A program made the translations under genes and the position numbers. Of a DNA stretch of 64,000 nucleotides, positions 24,986 through 38,040 are shown one piece after another. The stretch's first letter is position 1. Every line of letters starts with the position of its first letter. The stretch is taken from contig NW_018407597.1 in the NCBI RefSeq assembly GCF_002113885.1, positions 379,711 through 443,710 on the forward strand, given 5' to 3'. The notes under the pieces are model-generated. The model ran no database searches and was not told the origin of the DNA. It saw only the letters and a list, made by a program, of their open reading frames with translations. The stretch is from Mizuhopecten yessoensis (lineage: Eukaryota).

Positions 24986-25806
24986 ATGAAGGCTGTGCTA
25001 ATTTCCATTGCCGTCGTGGCTTGTTGTATGATTGCTGTCAGGGGCGAGGCCTACGGTAACTATGGAAACGGACAGTACGTGCAAAAAGGACATACCAACC
25101 AATACAGCAAGGGTGGATACGCCAAGGGATACTCCACATATCCGACGTATTCCGGATATTACTCCGGATATTCCGGATACGGGCAAAACCCAGTTGCAAA
25201 GAAGGAGATTATTTTTGGGGCACCTTTATTCGCTCCTCCCCCCGCCGCTCCTTTACCAGCCGATAGTGGTTCCTTATTCGGCGGTGATGGGACAATTTTT
25301 CGTAAGTAATTTTTCGTGGCAGTTTTTGAGTTAATTAAGATTATGAGTATATCCTAGTTGGCATTTTAGAATACCGAGCATATACTTATAGGTGATAAGA
25401 GCTAAATGCGATTAAAATCGTGATAAGATGTATATTTGTTGTATGTACTGTCATTTGATAGTTTTTTGGAACGCTTTGGCAAGGCCGTATAGATTTATTC
25501 TAAACAATATGGGAACCTGTTAGTAAAAAGCATGCATAATTAATAAGCAGCAATGTAAGTTTGTTACATATTAACAAATACAAACCCTTGTTTGATATTG
25601 TAAACGTATAAAAGCATATTTTTTTTAAAGATGTATCATATAAATATTTGATTATAAACTATTTTGTATCTATGTATAACCTGTCATAGTTTGGCGAGGC
25701 TAATTTCGTGTTTTCATCATACTCTATCAATTATGATTCCGTTTACGTTTCAGTGTTCCTCCTGTTTCTGCTCCCTATTCTTCTTAATGACAACCTCTCT
25801 GGTTAA
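24986..25806 (+). CDS. Gene A: secreted Gly/Tyr-rich protein with a hydrophobic C-terminal tail (122 aa), shell-matrix-like
   Basis: Exons 24986-25301 and 25754-25806 (phase-1 intron, C|GTAAGT...TTTCAG). Signal peptide MKAVLISIAVVACCMIAVRG, GY/SGY-rich core, APPPAAP, then LFGGDGTIF|LFLLFLLPILLNDNLSG*. 3'-UTR intron 25821-27121, last exon from 27122 with AATAAA near 27200. Confidence 0.88.
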
Positions 25807-25924
25807 GAACGGGCTGCCCAGTAAGTCAATGTCTGTCTTATGTAAGTATATACACATTATATTTACATTTGCATGGCGTTGTCACTATCTAGGATATTTG
25901 AAAGATGTGTCGTTGATGGGACTT

Positions 25925-26710
25925 TAAATACTATGCGCCACGAGACATAATTCTTAGCGTATTACTACAACACCGACCGGAACTACAATATCCAATGTAA
26001 CTAAACATAACGGCTGCTGAAATATCGCTGGGCATTGTGAGACTTGACAATGTAATTGTAAATGTGCAAAAGAAAAAAGAAAATATAAAAAACAACTTTT
26101 ATTACAACAAAAACAAGACCAAAGTCTGCAATATCGTACAAAATGCACACCGGTTTAAATAACCAACTTTAACACCCATGCAATTCATCAGAAATATCGT
26201 CTGTTACACTGCACTGATCAACAGGAGTTCGTTACAAATGTCTGAAATACATATATGCTATAGACCTACTGACATATATGCTATAGATCAACTGATATGA
26301 GTCACAGCACACATAAACATACACATGGCATATGTGTATTTCAGACATTTGTAACGAACCCCTGTGCTCCGTCGCAAGATCACTCACCTCAAACGCTTTC
26401 AGTATCAGGCGTCTCGCAGCCACGGTTTCCTCAGTTTCTGAAGACATGTCAAATAACGAGGCTGTTGTAGAATCTACCGACTGTAGTCAGATTCCTATAC
26501 AATCAACAAATAAATTCACGTCTGGATTCTTCACAAATTCGAACTTTCCTCTCTGCTCATTTAACTTCCAAAAATAACTCACTCCCCCGTGGAGGGCAAG
26601 GTCGGATTTACGCTGTTCATTGTATTTATCCATGCGCATCATAATGCGCTAGCACGCATTATGATGTTTCTTGCAAAGCTGTGTCATTTAAATAGATCAT
26701 AAATACAATA
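25925..26710 (+). mobile_element. Possible degenerate Crypton-like remnant in the 3'-UTR intron of gene A
   Basis: ORF 26332-26577 ends FTSGFFTNSNFPLCSFNFQK, resembling Crypton C-termini. An ISNVTKH fragment lies near 25990. Palindrome CATAATGCGCTAGCACGCATTATG near 26640. Confidence 0.35.
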
Positions 26711-28076
26711 CAAAACCAGTTCAATACTTAAATGTCAAGTGTTCAGTATCGAAAACTTTCCATACTTCACGGACATCTGAGATTGATAATAATAATAATA
26801 GGCCTTTCATTCGATACAGTCAAGGTAAGGTTGAAGGTAAATGCATTAGGCTGCTTAACATACTCATCTGATAAGAAATTAGAAATTTTATTTCATGCTG
26901 ATTTTATTTAATAATTATCATACAAGTATCGGTTATTGCCTCACACATGAAATTGGATATTAACAATTAATCGTTTTTCGGTCAGCTGTATCCAAAAACC
27001 TTTACCATTATACTAGTTTGTACGTCTATTACATTCCTGAAACATGTAGGTTTAAGCTACGTTATATGTTTTACATGTATGTACAATGTATATTAACAGC
27101 ATTTTTACGTTTTTATTTTAGGTATCACACACTACGGGAAGATGATGCAGGTTTCATGGGAATATTCTTCGGATTGCTTTTTTTTTTAATAATATGTCAA
27201 ATAAAAAATTAAATATTTTTTAATTAAAATAAAAATATGAGTATATGTGTTTTATTTTCTAAAGTTAACAATGTGCGAATATATTTAGACATTCATGCCA
27301 ATGACGATATCTGTGTTTGTAAATATAACTGTAGTAAGACCACTAAATGACAAAAAATGTATAAAGAACAAAAAAACTGCATGTACATCACCACACAGAT
27401 GCTGATGTTATCTTCCACAAAATTAACAGCAGTATCATTATATCTTCTGGACATTGTTAAGAGTTATGACACTATTCCGTCAATTTTCGATATGTATCAG
27501 ATTAGCTAAATCCCTTCGTGACGTCACATTTAACGAGATGACGACATGAATCAATGGCAAACCGTTAAATGGATTCATATGCATTTCTAAATATAAAGAT
27601 TTGTGAGAGTAAATAGTTTTAATAAATACTATTTAAGGTAGCGCATATTTTAAAACAAAATAGATTAAAGTAGGGCACCCTGAGCAAGGCCTCTGAAAGA
27701 GTGATTTAAGACAAACTTATATCTTTTGTAAGTAAGGATTGAAAAGAATACTCATTAGAAAAACAAAGCTAGGAAACGCATATTTTGAAATGTTGTGAGT
27801 CATTGCAGCAAAATTGCAAAACAAACTCAACATTCACTGCAATATTCCGTCAAATAAGGACTCGTCAGTGTTACTATAGATCAAAAAATAAATATGCGAT
27901 TCAAATGTGCACCGAAATGTGTACTTAGAAAAACAGCGAAAGGAAAAAGTGCCCATAATAAAACCATTAATATAATAAAAACTGTTATTTTGACTACACC
28001 AGATAATTTAGTCGAAGTAGTGTTTTAAAAGTTTTATTATATGCATGATCATTTCTCGCAATCACATTGGTCGGAT

Positions 28077-28268
28077 CCTATTCCGTCTTTGCGTATTGCA
28101 GAGTTTTCTTCTCTTGGGGGGGCAGGTATTGATTGTTACGTCATTGGTTTGTGTGAGAAAATTACGTCGTTTTCTCAAAAATTGATGACTTTACTCTCTA
28201 AAACAAGTGACGTAACAATCAATACCTGTTCTCAAGAGAAGATAAGTCTGCAATATGCAAAGACGGAA
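28077..28268. mobile_element. ~190-bp foldback MITE, copy 2
   Basis: Near-identical to 18315-18505 and self-complementary. Confidence 0.88.
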
Positions 28269-29397
28269 AACTCATGTAGACTGGTTATCCGGTGAATATC
28301 GATTTCTAAAGATAGCTTGTATGGAAATTCCCCGGAACCTGTCGTAGTGCATGCGCAGTTAGACTGGAACGCGATCTGTCAGACGACATTAGAAGATGGC
28401 TGCGTGCGAACGTTTCTCCTCCGTTAGGAAAATTACCAAAACTATTCGAGGATAAAGATACGCCTCAGTCAATATCACTCTTTCAGGTTCATATCACATC
28501 ATATTCACCAGCACAAAAGTCCATAATTGTATAATATAAACTATATGATAAAAAAAACGAATTTCATACCTATCAAACTCCATTTAATCGTATAACAAAC
28601 TGTAAACGCATGGTTTTGTTATAATTAACTACTTATTGTTTCATCATTTAACATTACAACATTATATTGTAAAAGGTCGTCTCAAAATAATCTTAATTTG
28701 TAAAAATGCGATTCAGCAAATGTGTCTTGTGTTCAAACAAATTTTTGTTATGTCTTCATATGTTTTTGACATTTTAAAGGGGGTTTGTGGCCTATGTATA
28801 ATGTTATTTTATTTTCATTGACAGAATTGAGCCCGTTTCGAATGTTGATATTCTACTTAACATGCTTATATTTGGTTTATTACGAAAATCGAGGAAAAGT
28901 GTCTTCTTTTAGAGACATATGAACCTAATTTGTCCCCATTCTTAAGACATTATAAAAACCAAAGAAATGAAATCAAAATATATATTTAAATTTATTCAAA
29001 GTTGAAATATGAAGGGAAAGTGTAAGTTCATTACACAGATATGTATTAATAACCCTTTAACCTCGCCCAAACATGAAATTGTTAGAAAAGGCTGGATCAG
29101 ATAGAAATAAAGCGGGTTATTTAGAAGATTAGTTTTGAAAGTCTGAAACGAATATTTGTATAAGAAACGGGCGGTGCTTTCATACATATGTGGTATTTGC
29201 AATGCTATGATCCAGATAAAAGTACCAAATAAATTACCATTTCAACCTGATCGATGTACATTACAAAATTTGTACTTTTGTTTCTCCTATAAAACTAAGT
29301 TGATGGTACCAATACGTGCAGCGATTCTTAAGATATATAGAATAATGTTCGACAGATGGACAACACTTTTACACAAGGTTTCACATGTACAAAGTGG

Positions 29398-29487
29398 GCT
29401 TCACAGAGTGAGCTTAACACAAAGCTTCACAGAGTGAGCTTAAAACAAAGCTTCACAGAGTGAGCTTAACACAAAGCTTCACAGAGT
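29398..29487. repeat. 26-bp tandem repeat, about 3.5 copies
   Basis: CTTCACAGAGTGAGCTTAACACAAAG units. Confidence 0.9.
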
Positions 29488-31599
29488 AGGCTAAAAATCC
29501 ACTAAAACATTTGATTTTCTAAACAATTGTATTGACTAAAACGCATAGGGGTTTCATTTGTACATTAGACTGTATTATAGGTGTATTACCTTGATATTAT
29601 CTGTAACAGTTTGAGCAACATGGATTGAAGCGGAACTCACTTATGAGGACCGCAGAATTAGTAAATATATAATATAGACAAGCAAGTTTAAAAACATAAG
29701 TTATTCATGGAACGCCAAATTGCATCCTATGTAGGTCCTGATGGATTACAATAAAACTGGAAATACTTAGTCAGTCGAACTAATTTCACAATTCAGTTAT
29801 CCGATGAAGATAGCAAATAAAAGCAGCCATTTACCATATAATATAGTCATTTCGTCCACTCCGTACTCAACAGGTGTACTTGAGGTCAATATCATGTTCA
29901 AAGTGATTAAAAGCATCTGTAGAAATACATGTAGCGGTAAGATACCTTTTAAACCCTTCAAAAAGTTGGAACTTTACCAAGTTTGGAAAATGCAGTACAT
30001 TAAAAGATGTGTCAAAATATTAATTCCAGCTATAATAATGAATTACCGATCTGCAATTCTTAATGAAATTATGCGGGGTCAGTATCATATAAATGTTTTA
30101 TGCAGTTAGTATGCACGCGAACTAATGCTTGACCCTTAAGTTTCTGCTTATTGAAAAGTAAGCAAATGGTGTACACATTTAAATAGATACATCCTGTAGT
30201 ACAGGCTATCACGCTGAAAAATGAAAAAAATAGAAAATCCATCAATTCATTACTCGATGAAGATTCCCCATGTTCCAATAGCAGGCAGTAAAATAGCTAG
30301 GAGTGGGCAATACTATTGCATTACCAATATATACCAGTATATATTGCAGTATCTGTCTAGCAATGTTTCAATTTAAAATTCTTCATTTTATCTTGAGCAT
30401 ATACATCTCATCGATTCAAAGGAAAATTTCATAATGTACATTAAATATCAGCACAGGCTGTAAGATACACATATTGTTATATAACTTATGACCAGAACAT
30501 ATTGCAATATTTTTTTCAGCTAAATTTGAGAGGTTCAAGCACATTTATGCATTTATCTTACAGAAACAGTGTTCATCAGTGATACATGCTCCACGCATTC
30601 TCTCTCTTTTTGGTTTCGATATCAGATAGTTGTAAATACATCACACTTCTAGGAATGCAATATGTGTAGGTGATAATCCTAATGTCATGATTAAACTGTT
30701 GCAAATATCCGTTTTACTGGCGACGCGGAGCAGAGCCAGTATATTAGAATGTTTTCTAAATATTACAATATGTTGAAATTCAAAACATTTCGTGCATTCC
30801 ATACCCCTAAAATACTGAATGAGCAGTGAATATAAAGATGCATGTCTATGGCGATCGTAATTCCCATCATGTTAATTGTGTGACAACAACACACACTCGC
30901 CTTTTCACCATCCTTTGTCATTTTCTTTTAATAATCTTTGAATTACTAGGTTTACAATAAACAGTTTAATATTAATTTATTCCTTATTTTAAGAAATGAA
31001 AATCATAACAAATGATAAAGAGTCATATAACCTACATAAACGTCAGAAGTGAGGAGTATACAGTTCTTCTCATAGCATGAATTTTATTTTGATGTCTTAG
31101 TAAAGTCATTTTTCATTGGTCACTAGCCAAATATTATTTCAATCAAATACACACTAGAATAACATTGATACAAAATTGTGAAGATATTAATATGTAAACG
31201 TACCTTCCTTTATGATTGGTTCTGTTTATAACAAGAAAAAAAGAATTATTGAAGACATTTATAAACATGAGTAAAGCTGATACTTGTGAGGCATTAGTTA
31301 AGTTTTCATATGAAAATGGGTTCATAATTAGATCTAGCATAGCATTAGCATATCACCGATTAAATCAAATCACTTATAACAGTTGCATGCATATTTTAGG
31401 CTGCCCATTAATACAGACCGAATGAAAGCAGGATGAAGGTCGTACGGCCCTCTGAGACAGCAATATAATTTATAAGCAATTATGAAACGATACATATAGA
31501 TGATGTTGGAATTAATTATTTGAATTCGATAATAATGTAACAAATATCATGTCATCATGTCATGCATACAACTTTCGTATTTTCTCACTATTGTAAATC

Positions 31600-34500
31600 C
31601 TCATTATAGTTACTCAATGCACATACTTCGATTCATTGTTAATTCGTCATCTGTAAGCTCATCATTCCCGAACAAAAGTAAATCAGTTGATAGTGGATGG
31701 TTGATTGCGTTAAATGTATGTAAACGTAGTTGAGAAAAAAGACAACAATGTAATAGATAATGTTCATTGGTTTCATTTGCTTGCATGCAAGAACACAGAG
31801 GACTACCAATTAGATTTCTCTGGTACAGCTTAAACCTAAGGGAACTACACTCCATACTTAATCTAGCATGATATATCTGCCCCAGTCTGGTACCATTAAA
31901 GTAGAAAATTTGAATTTTGTGAGCGGGCTTGCGTAGATAGGTTTTAAGTTGAAGGGTCGTTCTTGACATAGTCAGACAAGGAGTTTCAGATACTGATGAC
32001 AGATGGCAAAACAGATTTATTATAGAGACTCGTATGACTAACTAGTGGACGAAAATTAGTACCCGTGCGAGTATCATGGGTGTGGTAATTACGGTTACGC
32101 TGAGGTAGAATATCTAGAAGATATTGACGAGCCAGACCATGAACCATTTTGTGGAAAAGAATAAGCTTGTGCTGTTTACGTCTTTCCTCGAGGGGAAGCC
32201 AACCTGTTTCAGTATACAGTTTAATTCTACTTGTGAGTCTAGTGCAGCCAGTGACTATGCGTGCTGCTTCTAATTGAAGATTTTCTAATAATTGAGATTG
32301 AGCTTTAGTAAGGCAGTCCCATAAGATATCGCCATAGTCTAATAAAGGTCGAATAAGAGTGTAGTACATAGTTTGGAGACTATACCTGTCCAAAGAGAAT
32401 TAAAATTTACGTAAGATATTTATTTTACGTGAAATCTTAGATATCAAATAACTGATGTGTTCATTCCAATGACCAATTCCAGAGAGAAAAATACCTAAAC
32501 GCTTGCGTGTAGTAACTTCAGAGATGTAAGTATTGTTCATATTTAAGGGAGGATGAAAAGGTTTAATGGTTTTTCTACTAATGAGCAGGGTTTCAGTTTT
32601 GGAAGGGTTAAAATTTACTAACCATCTTTGCGACCAGGTATGAAATTTATTAAGGTCACTATTAAGATTATCTGCGCTGACTCTAGGGATATCAACAGTG
32701 ACGTAAAGAGAGGTGTCATCAGCGAATAACTTTATTTCAGCTTGTTTATCTTTAACAATGTCATTTATATATATCAGAAGTAAAAGAAGTCCAAGAATTG
32801 AGCCCTGTGGAACACCAGCCTTAACATTTAACCAATTTGAGTTTTTACCATTGATGACAAATCTCTGCTTTCGATCGGAAAGATAATTTTCAAACCAAAC
32901 TAATAGCGAATTTCAAATCCCATAGCTGGATAATTTACAACGAAGGCCTTTATGCCAAACACGATCGAAAGCTTTACTAATATCACAAAAGACCATACGT
33001 ATTTACTTACCATTGTCTAAGACTAAATATATATCATGAATGATCGCAAGAAGTTGATTTGTTGGTGAGTCACCGTGCCTAAAACCAGATTGATGGGGGG
33101 ATAGGAGGGAGTGAGTGTGCAAAAAATTGTAGACATATTTGAAGACACATTTTTCCATTAATTTACCAACGATCGATAGCAGTGATATAGGTTTGTAATT
33201 AGTAAATATAGACCTGTTATCTTTTTTATGCACATGGGTGACGTTAGCAAACTTCCATACAGATGGGAATACCCCAGATCTAATTGACCTGTTAAAGAGA
33301 TTTCTTAAGGGGACACATATGATAATTACTGATTCTTTAAGAAGACGAGGATTTACCAGGTCAGGACCAATGGCCTTAGAACAGTCAGTGGTAAGAATAG
33401 CATCTCTGACATCATTAGCTGTGATGTTAATATCAGATAAGGAATTATTACATTCGTCGTTAATGTTAGGGAGATTTACATTGGAGTCATCAACTGTAGA
33501 CTGGGCACAAAAGAGGTCATTAAATAAGCAACCTTTCTCAAAGTCATCTGAGACAGCGCTATTATTATGAAGCAATGGTGGTATGCAAAATTTACCAGAG
33601 TTAGGTAATAGTTGCTTTACAGTTTTCCACCATTGTTTGGCACTAATGTTAGAAGGTTTGCGAAGTTTGCTACATAAATTAGAAAAATATGTTAATTTGG
33701 CGTGCTTGATTGTGTTAACACATTTGTTATGAAGTCGACGAAACTATGCCCACTGAGCTTCAGTAAGGTTACGCTTGGCTTTTTTATGAACGCGCTTACG
33801 TTTACGAATTAATCTCCTTATTTCGTTTGATGGCCAGGGGGGTTCATAAGATCTGATGGTTATTTTATTATTCGAAATACAATATTTAGCAATAGTAAGT
33901 AAAATATCTAAGAAATTTTTGACAGCATCATTAATCTAATCAAATTCACTCAATAAATTCCAGTTAACTGAGCTTAGTTTTTCCCTAAATAAATCGTAAT
34001 TTCCTAGGTCAAAAAGCCAAACGTTTCGCTTAAACACCTGCTGCACTGGCTTTGAAATATTAAAAGAACAGTAAATTGGACAATGATATCTAACCGGTTG
34101 GTCAAGGTAGCTTTCTCCAACGTAACATTTATTAATAAGGTTATTACTATTAGTACAGATTATATCTAACAATGACTCAGAGGCTTCTGTGATTCAACAA
34201 GCTGAGTTTGATTAAATGAAACAAGTATATCGCGTAAGTGGGACGAATGATGGTCTACTAGGGCATTGCATTCAAGTCGCCGGTTATCACAATATGATAA
34301 ATGCCTGTATTATACGCTTTTTCTATAGAATGCGAGATATGGGACCATATGATGACAGGAGAGTTTGGAGGCCGATAAAATGTACCATATAATATGTTCT
34401 CTGAACCAAGTACTTTTTTTTACCAGACACATTCAATGGTAGCTATCTCTAAATCTGATCTTCTCTTTGCAGGAATATTATATTTTACATAAACCGTTAT

Positions 34501-34900
34501 ACCACCGCCCATTCGATCAAGTCTGCAGTAGCAGAATGGGTCAGAATATCCAGGCAGGTTAAGGTCAGATCAGATATCTTTTAAATTTAACCATGTCTCA
34601 GTAAAGGATAAAATTGTTATATTACTTAACTCGGTGTAAAGAATATCGAGTTTTTGTTTGAGACTTTGAACATTAAGATGGACAAATGAAACATTACTGA
34701 CTGCATCGAGCTGGCCACTAATATTCGAAAATATAGATGAGGAAGACGAGCTAGAAGACATGGGACCAGGATTCAGTTCTATATCTCCAGATAACAACAA
34801 ATGCCAATAGTCCAAAGCACGACGTAGAGATATAGATAATTTATCAGTAGCGGACATGATAGAGGAGGAGATGCATGTATATTGTAAGTTGTTCTGCACA
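31600..34900 (-). mobile_element. Near-full-length ORF2 of a CR1-group LINE, frameshifted (2A-like peptide, APE, RT, C-terminal Cys/His motif)
   Basis: LLLSGDIELNPGP. APE motifs HLNVQSL and SFTETWL. RT motifs KAIGPD, WKFANVT, YKPISLLS, QSGFR, DISKAFDRVWH, VPQGSILGLLL and LFADDTSLY. C-terminal CSC...ETNEHYLLHC. Fragments correspond to ORFs from 31610 to 34899. Confidence 0.92.
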
Positions 34901-36744
34901 GAGAACGAGAACTGGCCAATAAGATTTATACAAAAGGTTATTATGAACAGCTCCCCCCCGAAAACCCCGAAAGTGATCTAATTAAAAAACTGACATCTCA
35001 ATCAAATAGATTCAGCATTTCATGAATATTTAGGAGATAGTTAACGTTCAGATTGCAGAATGTGTCATCAGAAACTGCAACTTCTTCGTAGGATAGTGTA
35101 CACAAAATTATGTTAACAACGTTAACACTATGTCAGATTAACAACATGAGAAAATACGATTTTTATATATAACTATTATAACATAATCATAAACAAATAT
35201 AAAAAATGTAGTGCAAATAAAACAACAATAAACAAAAAACAACAAATAATCGCGCCTAAGATTATCCATATTAGTACAGTTATGATTTCTTTGGATGGGA
35301 TGCTGCCAGACAATTTTGCAACACAGCGTACACAGTTATATATGTATGTAGCTCATGCCTGTCATCGGTGCAAATTTATGTATCCCATCTTTGTTGCTAT
35401 ATTACTAATAGAAGTCATCGTACTTCATATTGGTTTAATATTCATCTCGTCTTCAAAAATTGTGAACTTAAAATGCTACATTTTTTCTTTGTTATCAATA
35501 AAATGACCTTTAACGTTATTTCAAATCTTAAAGTGTTTTTTTAGGGGGTAGGGTGTTAATAAGTGCAACAAAATAGCTTCTGTCTCTGAACATAATTATC
35601 CAAGCTGACATAAATACAGTTATTATAGGAAACATAATAAATGTGAAAAATCTCGCATATCGAAATTGTAAATGGAAAACATAAGTACGCGAAATGAAAG
35701 TCTTACTAAATGAGGTAGGCGAATAAGGAAACTTTTGTTTTATTAAATAAGACAATTTGAAACTGTTCTTTGTACGTCAGGGGGACAATAAAATGGATTC
35801 GAAACATGTTATGTAACTTTATATTATCTTCTACGGGAGATTGGACGATCTAAACAATAACGTGTTGGGATGTGTGAGAGATATCTCATCCTCGTTAATG
35901 ATAATTATCGGACCTGCTAAGTCAGTAATATTGGGCTACGAATTACGCACGTGAGATGGATCTCATGGACTGGTGCTTGATATATAAAAAAGGTACTTTA
36001 TATATATATATATATATATATTTAAAAAGAAAAGAAATTGAAAAGATGGAAATATTTCATAGTTCTTACAGACCGTCATTGGCCTTATTTAACAATATAT
36101 TTATTTTCATTGTTTTCAATTTGAAACAATTCCAAACATTTCGCTTTCTCTTATTCCTCACCGCTATGAAGAATCTCTCCTTTTTGTTGACTTTCAAAAT
36201 TAAAAATGTTTGTTTGGCAATATTTCAATCTATATCAGAATAAAGCACGATTCAACAAAATATTTGTGAGCACGTGGGCATTTTACTTGTTACAATATAG
36301 TAGGGATTATTAACATTTGTATTTGTGCATCTATTAAAATCATAGCCTCAATTAATACAATGTTATAATACTTGCCAACTTCATGGACTGATACTTAAAA
36401 TGATATATACATGTATGTAAATGTTTATCTGTTTTTTAACAATAGCATCAGTGTAAACTTAAATATTGCTACATACATTTTTATTTTTAATGATATCTTT
36501 GGCACTTTTGAAACTAATACCCTATACATGCATCACGACAGCTGCCTGTTACACGAACTTGCATATATCACAGCATTTTCCAAGAACTGTAACATGACGG
36601 CGTTTTCAGGTAGTTAAGAACGAATGGCAATTTTAATACGAACGGACAGATAGCCAATATGTAAATACACATAACATTACAGCTCTTCCTGTTTTAACAC
36701 AAATATTCTTCCTGATTAACTAAATGGTCTACCAGTACAAATCA

Positions 36745-36952
36745 AGTTGCAAGACTAGACACCCGTCTAGCTTGTTTACGTCATGGTATCTCACGCCGTC
36801 TCGGCGATTAACACTTTGCCGGGGGGCATCTCAGAAACCCTACATAGCGGAAGCTTTCTCCTTTCCATACAATACCGAAGGAATTGCTGGGTGTATAAAA
36901 GGGCAATATCCGTAGTCAATCGTCAGTATTTTGCAGCGCCAGTAAAGTAAGT
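36745..36952 (+). promoter_or_regulatory. B1 promoter: TATA (36894), Inr TCAGT (A at 36925), non-coding exon 1 (36925-36946)
   Basis: TATAAAA-to-Inr spacing of 31 nt. Donor GTAAGT at 36947. Upstream blocks are shared with B2-B4. Confidence 0.75.
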
Positions 36953-37201
36953 ACATGAAACTAAAGAGCTCTCTCTCTCTCTCTTGAGTGATTTTTGATA
37001 AACTTCGTTCTTAATATTAAGTCATACGCAATCAATTAAGATTTTTTTTTTTTTTTTTAGTTTCAATTAAGTTTTTGAAAAATATATATCATTTTGCATA
37101 GTGTGTTTTAGTTACAGTTAAGTTTAAAAAGACCGAAAAGAAATGTCAATTTGACATCCATATCGAGTAAACTACTTCTTTTGTACAGATATTCAGTAAA
37201 G

Positions 37202-38040
37202 ATGAGAGCCGCCTGTGTCACACTTTTCGTTGTTGTCGCCGCCCTGGGCCTCAGCGCCTGTCTTGGACAGGATTGGGATGATGTTTACGATGACGATAAC
37301 TACTATGGGGTTCCACAGTATTCGAGCGGCGGATATGCGACGAGTTACCCTCAGTATGGTGGAATGACTTACGGAAATGGATACGGACAGGGATACGGAA
37401 ACGGAAAGGGATACGGAAAGGGATACGGACACGGTTACGGAAACGGAAAGGGATACGGAAAGGGCTACGGAAGGGTTGAGAGCACTGTTATCCGTACTCC
37501 CTACGTCGCCCCTATGTATCTGCCACCCCCACCTGCAGCGCCAGTGGGAGGATTCGGAGGATTCGGAGGAGGATTCGGAGGAGACGATGGCATTTTCGGT
37601 CAAAACAACGGTTTGAGTAAGTAGCCAAATTTCTGAAGCAGATGTTTCATACTTGATTCTTTAAATCAATTTAAAGAAAATAATGTTTTGCATGTCTGCT
37701 GTATTTTTAAACTACTAAAATGTTTTAAATGATTTTTATACTTCATATATGATAGCATTAGTTGGTGGAATTTGTTGTTTTATTTTAGATATATGATTAA
37801 AACATGTGAAATGGCTTGTTATGTGTAAGGAATTTTTCATTTCAACTTAAAATTAAAGTCTTAAATAACATTTATTTATATCATTGATATCTATATATAA
37901 ACCTAACAGGTTTATTAATACCTATTACACAGACTTTGTAAAATATTTATTTACTAAATTTCGTTTCGCATTTTTCAGTCTTGATGCTTTTGCTTCTGCC
38001 GTTACTGCTCAGCAACTCCAACGGAGGACTGCTCGGTTAA
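37202..38040 (+). CDS. B1: secreted Asp-/Gly-Tyr-Lys-/Pro-rich protein with a hydrophobic tail (158 aa)
   Basis: Exons 37202-37616 and 37979-38040. MRAACVTLFVVVAALGLSACLG-QDWDDVYDDDNYY...(GYGK/N/Q/H)n...PPPPAAP-GGFGGFGGGFGGDDGIFGQNNGL|ILMLLLLPLLLSNSNGGLLG*. 3'-UTR intron 38087-38408 and poly(A) signals near 38510-38525. Confidence 0.92.

Noticed and set aside
37193-37616. Antisense Ser/Val ORFs and alternate-frame DTER ORFs over the B genes (also 44333, 51533, 60557, 24998)
   Set aside because: Shadows of GGA-TAC-rich sense codons, with no promoter or splice evidence.
37202-38040. Naming the GY proteins shematrin, prisilkin or KRMP
   Set aside because: Only compositional similarity. They lack the basic C-terminal tail or Cys/Trp-Lys domain and have a different hydrophobic tail, so no symbol is assigned.
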